64,000 nucleotides of DNA from a virus. A model generated the notes under the pieces. It was not told the origin of the DNA. It saw only the letters and a program-made list of their open reading frames with translations, and did no database searches. Of this stretch, positions 44,079 to 53,236 are shown piece by piece. Where the stretch lies: IMG/VR virus record IMGVR_UViG_3300045988_117710; one strand, given 5' to 3'. Each line of letters starts with the position of its first letter. Position 1 is the stretch's first letter. The translations under genes were made by a program, and so were the position numbers.

Positions 44079-44963
44079 ATGGGAGTGAAAGGAAGAAAGA
44101 TTTTACCAAAGTTAACATTAGAATTACTTAAAGAAGAGAGACCAGATATTGAAATACTAGGAGAATATATTAATAACTATACTAAACTTAAAGTCAGATG
44201 TAGTTGTGGAAACATTTATGAAGCAGCACCATCAACATTAAGGAAAGGCCATAAATGTATGAAGTGCTCTGGTAATAATAAGATAACATTAGATATTGTT
44301 CAAAAAGAACGACCAGATTTATTTATTGTTGAAGTTGTTAATGCCTATAATATTTATTATTTGTGTCCGACTTGTGGTACTAAATGTAAAACTTCATATT
44401 CTTGGTTAACTAATAAAGATGTTTCAAAGAGAACTAAAGGTTGTATTAAATGTCATACTTCAAGACTAGCAAAGTCTAAATTTTCTACTAAAGAGGAGCT
44501 TCAGAAGAAGTGTCCTGATATTGAGATATTAGGAGAGTATGTCGATTCCTATACACCAATTGAGTATAGATGTAGGTGTGGAGAAATTCATAAATCAAAG
44601 CCACAACATTTAACTCAAGGTAAGAGATGTGGACATTGTAAGAGGTATACAGGAGAAGAGGTTATTAAGGATTTTCTTAATAGTAATAGTATTTCTTACA
44701 TTAAACAGTATAGGTTTAAAGATTGTAGAGATAAATTACCTCTACCATTCGATTTCTACTTACCTGACTATAATATGTGTATAGAGTATGATGGACTTCA
44801 GCATTTTGAACAGAGGAAAGGTTGGACAGACTTAAGTGAAGTTCAGTTACATGATTCTATTAAGACAAATTATTGTAAGAGTAACAATATTACTTTATTG
44901 AGGATTTCTTATAGGCAATTAAGTGAAATACAAGATATATTAACAGAAACGTTCAAAAGTTGA
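44079..44963 (+). CDS. putative endonuclease with three N-terminal Zn-ribbon repeats and a C-terminal PD-(D/E)XK-like domain
   Basis: Three repeats of C-x-C-G...L..G..C..C; C-terminal CIEYDGLQHFE...K resembles DUF559/Vsr-like restriction-endonuclease-fold nucleases; terminator overlaps stop. Confidence 0.45.
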   Translation: MGVKGRKILPKLTLELLKEERPDIEILGEYINNYTKLKVRCSCGNIYEAAPSTLRKGHKCMKCSGNNKITLDIVQKERPDLFIVEVVNAYNIYYLCPTCGTKCKTSYSWLTNKDVSKRTKGCIKCHTSRLAKSKFSTKEELQKKCPDIEILGEYVDSYTPIEYRCRCGEIHKSKPQHLTQGKRCGHCKRYTGEEVIKDFLNSNSISYIKQYRFKDCRDKLPLPFDFYLPDYNMCIEYDGLQHFEQRKGWTDLSEVQLHDSIKTNYCKSNNITLLRISYRQLSEIQDILTETFKS

Positions 44964-44986
44964 TTGAAATAATCAACTTTTTTATA
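44956..44986 (+). terminator. intrinsic terminator
   Basis: AAAGTTGATT loop GAAAT AATCAACTTT plus TTTTATAT. Confidence 0.5.
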
Positions 44987-45104
44987 TATTAGATTGAATA
45001 CCGAAGAGACAAGAAATACTTGTTATTCCAAATGGTTGAATTCAAAGTTAAAGAGTTGATTTGATATTCAGTAGATTTATTAATTATAGTATAGGAGAAA
45101 AGAT

Positions 45105-46499
45105 ATGTTAAAAACTAATCTTAACGAAAGTACTTTAATTAAAAAATATTCTCCAATTTTAGAATCAGTTGAAACTGGTTTAAAGAACTTAGGAAGAGAT
45201 GTTGCTGAATTCGATTCTTATAAGAAATATACTTTATCAAGAATCATGGAAAATGCTCAAAACTTAATTGAAACTTATTCAAAAAATAAGGCAATTATGG
45301 AAGCTGGTACTTTCCAAGTAAACAATGTTCCTGCTAAAAACCAATACTTAAAATTAACTGCTGCTGTTTATCCACAATTAGTAGCTGAAAATGTTGCTTC
45401 TGTTCAAGCAATGGAATATAAAGATGCAACTTGCTACTATTTAGGATATACTTATGGAGACAACAGAGGAGAAATCAAAGCTGGTGATTCTATAAGTACA
45501 GTATTCCAAGTTGGCCCAGATTCTGACAAATATGCTGCTTCTACAAGATATGCTTCTGAAGCTATCTCTCAAGAAGAATTAGTTGTTGAAGCTGGTGAAG
45601 CAAAACTTGCTTGGGGACCAGTTATTCCTGGATCAGTTGCTATCGATATTGATGGTACTGGTGCTACAATCGTAACTGATGACGGTTTAGGTGCATTATC
45701 TGACGGTGGTGCTATTGATTATGCTACTGGTACAATTACTGGTGCTACAATCGTTGAAGGTGCTAAAGCTGATTACAAACAAAATCTAGAATATGCCCCT
45801 GCTCAATTACCATCTGTTAGCTTAGATATTAAACCTTTATTCTTACATGCTAAACCTAAAGCATTAAGAACTGCTTATAGCTTAATTGGTGCATTCGATT
45901 TACAACAAACTCAAGGTTTAGATGCACAAAAATTATTAAGCAACTTAGCTACTGACGAATTAAGATGTGAAATCGATGGAGAAATCTTAAATGATATAGC
46001 TTCATTACCTGCTTCTGCTGCAGCTGGTGTAGTTACATGGAATATGGAAGTTCCATTTGGTATCAATAAGAAAGAACATTATGAAAGCTTATACTTCAAA
46101 ATTATTGAAGCTGGTTCAATCATCAAACAAGTTACTCGTAAATACGAAGGTAACAGAGTTATCGCTGGATTCAACGCTAACTATGTATTAAAAACTTTAG
46201 ATGAATTCAAAGCTGCTTCAACAAGAAATAGTGTAGGTCCTGTTGTTTCTGGTACTTTAGCTGGTGACTATACAGTTATCTATAACCCATATATTGGTGA
46301 AGATGATTTCACAGTATTATATCAAGGTCAAACATTTGACACAGCTTATATCTATGGTGTTTATATGCCTATCGTTTCTAGCCAATTCATTATGGATGAT
46401 ACTTTACTAGGACGTCAAGGATATGCTACAGAATACGCTAAATCATTTGTTAACCGTAAATATGTAGTTAAAGGTAAAATTACTCACAACGTTGCTTAA
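45105..46499 (+). CDS. major structural protein, probably major capsid protein
   Basis: 464 aa; codon usage differs from neighbours (prefers AAC, TTC, TAC, GAA, AAA); strong terminator directly downstream; own RBS AGGAGAAAAG. Confidence 0.4.
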   Translation: MLKTNLNESTLIKKYSPILESVETGLKNLGRDVAEFDSYKKYTLSRIMENAQNLIETYSKNKAIMEAGTFQVNNVPAKNQYLKLTAAVYPQLVAENVASVQAMEYKDATCYYLGYTYGDNRGEIKAGDSISTVFQVGPDSDKYAASTRYASEAISQEELVVEAGEAKLAWGPVIPGSVAIDIDGTGATIVTDDGLGALSDGGAIDYATGTITGATIVEGAKADYKQNLEYAPAQLPSVSLDIKPLFLHAKPKALRTAYSLIGAFDLQQTQGLDAQKLLSNLATDELRCEIDGEILNDIASLPASAAAGVVTWNMEVPFGINKKEHYESLYFKIIEAGSIIKQVTRKYEGNRVIAGFNANYVLKTLDEFKAASTRNSVGPVVSGTLAGDYTVIYNPYIGEDDFTVLYQGQTFDTAYIYGVYMPIVSSQFIMDDTLLGRQGYATEYAKSFVNRKYVVKGKITHNVA

Positions 46500-46580
46500 T
46501 TGTTGAGTAAAATATAAGTATCAATAACAAAATTTAATATTTTGGAGAAATATTTTATTAATTATTGCATAAGTAGTATC

Positions 46581-46612
46581 AAGAACACTCTATGAGTGTT
46601 CTTTTTATTTTG
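46581..46612 (+). terminator. strong intrinsic terminator after putative capsid gene
   Basis: AAGAACACTC loop TATG AGTGTTCTT plus TTTTATTTT. Confidence 0.6.
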
Positions 46613-46673
46613 TTATAGTGTTAAGTAGTTATATATTTATATAGTTTAGATAGATTCTAAAGAGGAGGTGTTT

Positions 46674-49600
46674 ATGGCTTCTTATTATAGTAGTGATTCT
46701 TCTGTTAATTTAAAGAATTTTGGAAAGAAGGCCTATTTACAAGCCGATGTATCTTATTCACGTTCTGGTACTACTGGTTATAATGTAACAGTAGCAGTTT
46801 ATCTTAAAACACGTTCTACAAGTACTTCTTGTCCATTCTATTCTTATAGTTGTTATCAATATTGCTCTATTAATGGAGTAGAAAAACGTAATACAAGTAG
46901 TAGTAATCCAAGTTCAAGTTGGAGAGCTCGTGATGGAGTTCATTTGTGGTCTAGTACTCAATTTGTAGATCCGGGTGGACCTGCATATAGTTGTCCTTTT
47001 AGTGTTACTTATCGTGTTCCTTCTGGTACATATACTTTTAGTAGTCAACAAACTTTTTCTATTAGTAATTCAATAACTCTACCAGCTACTTGGGTTGCAC
47101 CAACTCAAACTTTCTTAACTTCAGCTACAAATACTACAACTAATAATACAAGTTCTAGTAGTAGAAGTTTTACTGATAATACCCACGCTTCTGGTAATAC
47201 TAGTTATGTAGGTGATTCTTTTAGTTATACTTGGGATAAGAATGACCAAGCAAATGTAGGTTCAAATGCTAATCCAGGTTCTTATGCTTATTTAGCTAGA
47301 AGTTCTTCTAATACGTCTGGTTCTGTTAATAATCACCCATCTACTGGTACAGATATTCATACTGCATGGGGATGGACTCATGGTGGAGATGATTTATATG
47401 TAGGTGGTTATACTTATACTGCAGTTCCTGCTGATGGTGGTAATTACTTATTAGCTTGTATGTATAAATATTATGCAGATTCTAATGGTAATGCATGTCA
47501 TTTTCATCAAGCAAATGGTCATTATATTCAAGCTATACCAACAATTTCTGCTACATATACTGTTAGGTCTAGAAAGCTTTATAGAAGTTCACCATCAACT
47601 GTAGTAGTTCAGTTATCTGCTATTTCTATTACAACTAATGGTTATAGGATTCATAGACGTAATAGTGATATGGGTATAGTTGAGTTTCATACTTGTACTG
47701 CTAATGGTTTCGCTTCAGCTACTAGAGGTTCTGCCGATAATGGTCAAACTTCAAATTATTCAATGTCAGGTAGAACATATCAACTTGTTTGGAAGAATGC
47801 TGCAGCAAGTAATGTTAGTGCTGGTACTTATACATCTGGAGTTTATTCTAGATATCAAAGTCCTAACTTAACAGCGGCATATACAACTGGACATGATTTA
47901 TATACTGTTTCTAATGCTTTAACTGTTGTTGATGGTTCTTTCTCAAAGATTGCTGCAAAGAACTTTAAGATAACTAATCCATCAAGTCAATATCCAACTT
48001 CTGCTTCAACTATGAATTTCTTATTAGGTTGGGAGTATAATGGTACACATAACAATGTTCGTGGTGATTATAGAATTGAACGTTCAACTGATGGTTCTAC
48101 TTGGGGTGTTGGTGGTATATCTGGTGGTACTGTTTATAAGGATTGGAGAGGATGGACAGTAGATACTGATTTATCTTCTACTGGATGGAGAATTGACCAA
48201 TCTGGCACTACTTATGTTTATGCTGATGTTCCTTTATCAACAACTGGATATTACTATAGGATTTCTTTAATCCCATCTAGTACAGATTCAGCAGGATATC
48301 AAATCTTCGGTGATCCTATTTATTTAGTTTCTGATAAGATTTATCGTGTTATTATTCCTGCAGTACCTAAGGTTAATTATTTAACAAGTATTTTACCTCC
48401 TATTGTTGGTATTGCTAATGATTTCTATTATAAATATCAGAATACATCTAATTGGGGTAACTTCTCACCTAATACTGATTTTGGACATATTAGAAGACAA
48501 TACTATGATGGTTCACATTATGAAGATTTAACAGATACTTCTAATATTACTGCTAGTGGTTATGTAGAAGGTGTATATTCAAAAACTGTTCCGAGTACTT
48601 CTACTGGTTCACTTTCTTTAAGAGTTAAGTCGTCTGTTAAGACAACTAATTGGAGTGATACAGAGTTTACTTCAGCACAATCTAATTATAAGTCTTTAGC
48701 ATTGATTGCTCAGAAGAAGTATTCTATTACAGCTTCTGATGTTGCAATTTCAACTCCATTAGCAACTACTTTATTAAGAAATATTCCATTTACTTTATCT
48801 TTACCTCGTAAAACTATTAATGGTAACTATTTAATTAATTCTGGTAGTATTTATGTAGATGGTACTAAGTCATCTGACTTTAATGATTTATCATATACAC
48901 TTGGTGATGTAGCTGGTTGGGGAACAACTTTTGTAGGTGGTAATACTACTTTAGGTTCTGATGGTGTTTGTACTTCTATATCTGGTGATAGGTCTATTTC
49001 ATTTGCTAATAAGAGTTGGTCTACAGATACTTTAACTAGAGGTGTTCATACTATTAAGGTAGATGTTGAAATTCTTACTTACTTTGATTCTGATGGTGTT
49101 AGAACTATTAATGGTACAAATTACAATTTACCTACTAACCATGTTCTATTTGGTTCTACTGGTGTGTTATCTTCTAATACATTAACTGTTGAGATTGGAG
49201 ATATTCCAGCTGCACCAACTATTAATATTCCAAATCCTCAATTCTTTAATGCAGGTCAAGAAAGAAAGTTAACTTGGACTTTCTCACCTAATGATTGGGG
49301 TGTTAATGATACAACTTATAATAATAGACATTATGATTATGAGTTATATAATCCAGCAGGTACTAAGATTCAATCAGGTACTATTGCTAAAGGAACTACT
49401 TCTCATACATATACATTTACTCCAAGTAATGCTGATTTAGGTTCTTATAAGTTTAGATTACGTCAAGTTAATGTTCTTGGTGTTTCTAATTGGGTTGAGT
49501 CTGAAATAGAAATTCAAAAGGCAATTGAGCCAACTACTTCTACTTTCTCAACTTCTGAAGTAATTGCCTTAGCTGATTGGGATTATTCATTATCAATTAA

Positions 49601-50804
49601 ACCTGGTAATAATGGTTCTTATAAACCAGTAACTACTGCTCCTATTGCTAGATATAAGATTGATGTTGTTCAGTTACCTAAGAACTTATATAATCCATCA
49701 TTTGCAGTATTTGATTCTAATTATATTACTGATGTAGGAAGTGGTTGGTATCATTTAGCTGCTGATAGAACAAGTGCAACTGGTGTAGATTATGCTGATT
49801 TCTGGACAAATTGGAATCAATATTTGAAAGCCAATACAGATTATACTTATGTACTTGAAGTTAGAAATGCTAGTGTTAATAGAAGTTTAATATTTGAATT
49901 AGGAGATACTGCTGCTCCTTCAGCTCAATTCTCTACAAACTTTGAGTTGATTGGTGATTCTGCTGATGAACTTAATGGAACACATTTCTTCTATGTTAAG
50001 ACTAAAGCTGATATGAAATCAACTTTATATAATAAGCATTGTGGTAGAGACTTTGTAACTTTACCTGCAGGATGTAATTATAGTTTAGATTTCAGAATCT
50101 CTATTATTGAAGGACATATTCCTGAAGATGAGTTCACTTATTCTGCTTATAAGAATCCTTATATAACAAATCTTACAGCTTGGACGAATGTAGGTAATGG
50201 TGCAAACATTTCTAGAAACTTAACTCATAACTTAAGTAATTATATTGATGGTTCTTATAGTCTTTATATTCCTTATGAGAGATACTATACAACATTCACT
50301 TCTAAAGAATCTCTTATTACTCAGATTATTCCACCTGAGATTCAAATTACTGATGCTAGTACTATTGAATGGGTTGGTACTGATAAGGCAGAGTTTAACT
50401 TTAAGATGTTTGTAGATATCTTTGGATGGTGTGGAACATGGAATGCTAATGAAAATCCACATACTGGTGGATGTTGGGCTGAGTATTCATTAGATTATGG
50501 TAAGACTTGGACAAGAGCTTATGATAATAAAGCGGATAGAGTTATTGAGATTCCACTTACTTGGTTAGATGAGATTTGGCTTCGTGGTTATGGTGCTAAT
50601 CCTGTTGATACTGATGATAAGTTTACTGTTGGTACAGATTCTAATGGTGATCCTATTAAGGTTGAGATTGTTAAGCATGATATGTATTCTTGTTATAAAG
50701 CATGGTTAGCTGAGAATGGTGGTGCTGAGGATTGGACAAGAAAGATTCATTTATCTCATAACAATACGAAAGAGAAGAAAATTCGCAAGATAACTAAGGA
50801 ATAA
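46674..50804 (+). CDS. very large Ser/Thr/Tyr/Asn-rich fiber or adhesin-like structural protein
   Basis: 1377 aa; low-complexity STYN-rich composition; RBS AAGAGGAGGTG before ATG 46674 (track start GTG 46668). Confidence 0.5.
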   Translation: MASYYSSDSSVNLKNFGKKAYLQADVSYSRSGTTGYNVTVAVYLKTRSTSTSCPFYSYSCYQYCSINGVEKRNTSSSNPSSSWRARDGVHLWSSTQFVDPGGPAYSCPFSVTYRVPSGTYTFSSQQTFSISNSITLPATWVAPTQTFLTSATNTTTNNTSSSSRSFTDNTHASGNTSYVGDSFSYTWDKNDQANVGSNANPGSYAYLARSSSNTSGSVNNHPSTGTDIHTAWGWTHGGDDLYVGGYTYTAVPADGGNYLLACMYKYYADSNGNACHFHQANGHYIQAIPTISATYTVRSRKLYRSSPSTVVVQLSAISITTNGYRIHRRNSDMGIVEFHTCTANGFASATRGSADNGQTSNYSMSGRTYQLVWKNAAASNVSAGTYTSGVYSRYQSPNLTAAYTTGHDLYTVSNALTVVDGSFSKIAAKNFKITNPSSQYPTSASTMNFLLGWEYNGTHNNVRGDYRIERSTDGSTWGVGGISGGTVYKDWRGWTVDTDLSSTGWRIDQSGTTYVYADVPLSTTGYYYRISLIPSSTDSAGYQIFGDPIYLVSDKIYRVIIPAVPKVNYLTSILPPIVGIANDFYYKYQNTSNWGNFSPNTDFGHIRRQYYDGSHYEDLTDTSNITASGYVEGVYSKTVPSTSTGSLSLRVKSSVKTTNWSDTEFTSAQSNYKSLALIAQKKYSITASDVAISTPLATTLLRNIPFTLSLPRKTINGNYLINSGSIYVDGTKSSDFNDLSYTLGDVAGWGTTFVGGNTTLGSDGVCTSISGDRSISFANKSWSTDTLTRGVHTIKVDVEILTYFDSDGVRTINGTNYNLPTNHVLFGSTGVLSSNTLTVEIGDIPAAPTINIPNPQFFNAGQERKLTWTFSPNDWGVNDTTYNNRHYDYELYNPAGTKIQSGTIAKGTTSHTYTFTPSNADLGSYKFRLRQVNVLGVSNWVESEIEIQKAIEPTTSTFSTSEVIALADWDYSLSIKPGNNGSYKPVTTAPIARYKIDVVQLPKNLYNPSFAVFDSNYITDVGSGWYHLAADRTSATGVDYADFWTNWNQYLKANTDYTYVLEVRNASVNRSLIFELGDTAAPSAQFSTNFELIGDSADELNGTHFFYVKTKADMKSTLYNKHCGRDFVTLPAGCNYSLDFRISIIEGHIPEDEFTYSAYKNPYITNLTAWTNVGNGANISRNLTHNLSNYIDGSYSLYIPYERYYTTFTSKESLITQIIPPEIQITDASTIEWVGTDKAEFNFKMFVDIFGWCGTWNANENPHTGGCWAEYSLDYGKTWTRAYDNKADRVIEIPLTWLDEIWLRGYGANPVDTDDKFTVGTDSNGDPIKVEIVKHDMYSCYKAWLAENGGAEDWTRKIHLSHNNTKEKKIRKITKE

Positions 50805-50818
50805 TTATATATTTGATT

Positions 50819-50860
50819 AGAGTACTTTGGGTGTCACCTCCTCAGGGTACTCTTTTATTT
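50819..50860 (+). terminator. intrinsic terminator
   Basis: AGAGTAC ... GTACTCT stem with internal GGTG/CACC hairpin, then TTTTATTTT. Confidence 0.45.
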
Positions 50861-50911
50861 TGACTATTTTTATCTTAATGGTTGATTTTTCTTTTTCTTT
50901 GTCGTATAATA

Positions 50912-50920
50912 CTATCGAGA
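50912..50920 (+). promoter_or_regulatory. phage promoter-like motif TCGTATAAT
   Basis: Exact 9-mer preceded by T-rich tract, upstream of ORF 50922. Confidence 0.45.
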
Positions 50921-50921
50921 G

Positions 50922-51293
50922 GTGATATATGTGAGTAGTTTCGATACAGATAAGATGTATACAGAGTTGAATAGACTTTTAGATACCTATTCATTTTCTG
51001 AATTGATGTGGTTGTTTAGAAATATTACTTATGACCAAATTAAATACTTTTCTGAAGATAGTAAGGGAGTTATTTATGATGGTTCTTATTCTAGGGAAGT
51101 AATAGAACAGGCAACTGATTTTCAACGTAAGATTTCGACTTATGCAGATCTTATGAATCAATCTATTTCAAATCATAGAGAGTTTGATAGGGATTATTTA
51201 AAGCAATATGAGTATGCTGGACCTTATCTTAATATTATCGAGAGTTTGAAAGAGAGAATCAATTTTTTGGAAGGTGTTGAGGAAGATGACTAG
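50922..51293 (+). CDS. hypothetical protein
   Basis: ORF track; GTG start downstream of promoter motif 50912. Confidence 0.4.
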   Translation: MIYVSSFDTDKMYTELNRLLDTYSFSELMWLFRNITYDQIKYFSEDSKGVIYDGSYSREVIEQATDFQRKISTYADLMNQSISNHREFDRDYLKQYEYAGPYLNIIESLKERINFLEGVEEDD

Positions 51294-52488
51294 TGTGGCA
51301 AAGAGTTATCAGTTTACTTTAACTGATAAGTATGTTTCAAGTTGGGGTTATTTAGAAGGTATTCGTGAGTTATTACAGAATGCCTATGATTATGGTAATT
51401 ATGATATTTCTTTTGGTTCTGATTCTATTGTTATTAAGAATTATAATGATAAGATTCAAATTAAAACTTTGTTGATGGGTTATGGGACAAAGACCAATGA
51501 TAAGAATTCTATTGGTGGATTTGGTGAAGGTTTTGTTTTAGCTCTATTGGTTCTATTAAGACAAGGATTTCAAGTTCATATAGAGAATGCTGATGAAGTA
51601 TGGATTCCTTATTTCCAAGAGAGTGAAGAGTTTAATAATGAGAGATTATTCCATATCAATGTTTTAGAGAGTGAAAGTCCAACTGATGATTTGTCTATTA
51701 TTGTAAGTGGTTTTAGTCCTGAACAATTGAATTCTATTCAAGATGAGTTCTTAGGTTTACAAGGAGATTATTCTTCTATTAAGACTTTATATGGTGAAAT
51801 TCTTACTGATCCTAATCAGAAAGGTAAGATGTATGTTGAAGGTTTACCTATTACTACTGATAGAGATTTTGAGTATGGATATAACTTTAAAGCAGAGTAT
51901 GTTATCCTAGATAGAGATAGGAAAGATATTAATCATAAGGAACTTAAGAAGATTACTTCTATGGCAATTGTTCATATGGAGGAAGATAATTTTGATTTTG
52001 TAGATAGTATTGTTGATTCTGGTAAGGAAGATATTTATGCTTTTAATCATAAGGAGATAGAGCTTCCTAAAACTTTTGTTGATAAGTATTCAGACCATTT
52101 AAAGAAGAAGTTTAGTGTTGCTGATACATCAGTTGTTGTTAATAAAACTGATGAGAAGGTTATTAAGGAACTTGAGGATATGGGTGAAGAAGTTGTTACT
52201 GTTGATAGGAAGATTTATGCAGATATTATTAATGAGACTTCTGAATATTCTTATGATAAATATCAACAAGCATCTAAAACTGTTAGTAGTAGAAGTAAGG
52301 TAGATGATGCTTGGATTTATTTTAGAAATAGTACTTATAGTGATTTGTTAGATTGGTTAAAGAAATATGAGTCATTGCTTTCTGAAGAAGCAATTGAAGA
52401 GTATAAGAGTATTATGGAATATAATGAACCTTATTTATTTGAGTTAATTCGTGATGAGGTTTTAGGTGATTCTGATGGGGCGAAATAG
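51274..52488 (+). CDS. GHKL-family ATPase domain protein (Bergerat fold)
   Basis: N-box IRELLQNAYDYG (ELxxNAxD); G-boxes LMGYGTK and IGGFGEGF. Confidence 0.55.
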   Translation: MLRKMTSVAKSYQFTLTDKYVSSWGYLEGIRELLQNAYDYGNYDISFGSDSIVIKNYNDKIQIKTLLMGYGTKTNDKNSIGGFGEGFVLALLVLLRQGFQVHIENADEVWIPYFQESEEFNNERLFHINVLESESPTDDLSIIVSGFSPEQLNSIQDEFLGLQGDYSSIKTLYGEILTDPNQKGKMYVEGLPITTDRDFEYGYNFKAEYVILDRDRKDINHKELKKITSMAIVHMEEDNFDFVDSIVDSGKEDIYAFNHKEIELPKTFVDKYSDHLKKKFSVADTSVVVNKTDEKVIKELEDMGEEVVTVDRKIYADIINETSEYSYDKYQQASKTVSSRSKVDDAWIYFRNSTYSDLLDWLKKYESLLSEEAIEEYKSIMEYNEPYLFELIRDEVLGDSDGAK

Positions 52489-53155
52489 GTTCCCAATTGG
52501 GCTTAAATTTCATCATTTAACGGTTATTGAGTATTTGGGTTCACAGGGTGATAAGAATCGTCACACTCGATATAAATGCCTTTGTGATTGTGGTAAAGAG
52601 GTTATCATTCTTTCTCAACATATTGGTAAGCAGAAGAGTTGTGGGTGTGTTCCTCGAAACAATCATAGATACAAATCGTATAATGTTTCAAAGGAGGATA
52701 GTATGAAATTAGTTCGTGAAGCTGCTTTTGAAACAAATTCAAGTAGTACTCATAGTATTACTATGTGTTCTGGATCTGTTTTCGATGATTGGAAGGATGG
52801 TAAGTTAGTTTTTCTTGAAGATGAGGACAAGTTCTTTGTTAAGGGTAGTCGTGAGTTAAGAGATTGGTATGCTAGGTGTGTTTTACGTTATAAGTGTACT
52901 TATGATTGGGATACTAAATTGTATTCAGATGGATCTGCAACTTATACTGAAGATGAGCTTTTCTGCCAAGAGAGATTAGATTCTGTTTCTGAAGAAGATA
53001 TTTCAGAGTATAGAGAAGATGATTGGTATGCATGTCCACTTTCTTACAGTGAGTGGGTTGACTATCGTGGTGAAGGTTATGAGTTATATGAAGAACGTAA
53101 TACCTTTGATGGTGCAGATGTTGTAGCATTTGGTTACTATGGAAATGATTATTAA
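52466..53155 (+). CDS. FETNSSSTH-motif family protein (paralog B), possibly with N-terminal Zn-ribbon extension
   Basis: Internal ATG 52703 with RBS AAGGAGG gives MKLVREAAFETNSSSTH, matching the N-terminus of ORF 1871; the 79 in-frame residues upstream contain a C-x-C-x-C-G...C-G-C Zn-ribbon like those in ORF 44079. Confidence 0.5.
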   Translation: MILMGRNRFPIGLKFHHLTVIEYLGSQGDKNRHTRYKCLCDCGKEVIILSQHIGKQKSCGCVPRNNHRYKSYNVSKEDSMKLVREAAFETNSSSTHSITMCSGSVFDDWKDGKLVFLEDEDKFFVKGSRELRDWYARCVLRYKCTYDWDTKLYSDGSATYTEDELFCQERLDSVSEEDISEYREDDWYACPLSYSEWVDYRGEGYELYEERNTFDGADVVAFGYYGNDY

Positions 53156-53168
53156 TTTGTTTAATTAA

Positions 53169-53211
53169 AGTCAACAATATTGTTGACTTTTTCTTTTGTT
53201 TATCGTATAAT
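53169..53211 (+). promoter_or_regulatory. palindromic terminator overlapping a full consensus promoter (TTGACT, 17 nt, TATAAT with TCG)
   Basis: GTCAACAAT/ATTGTTGAC palindrome 53169-53188; TTGACT 53183-53188; 17-nt spacer; TCGTATAAT 53203-53211; drives the PARP-like gene. Confidence 0.55.
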
Positions 53212-53236
53212 AGAGACAATGAAAGAGGTAATGTTT

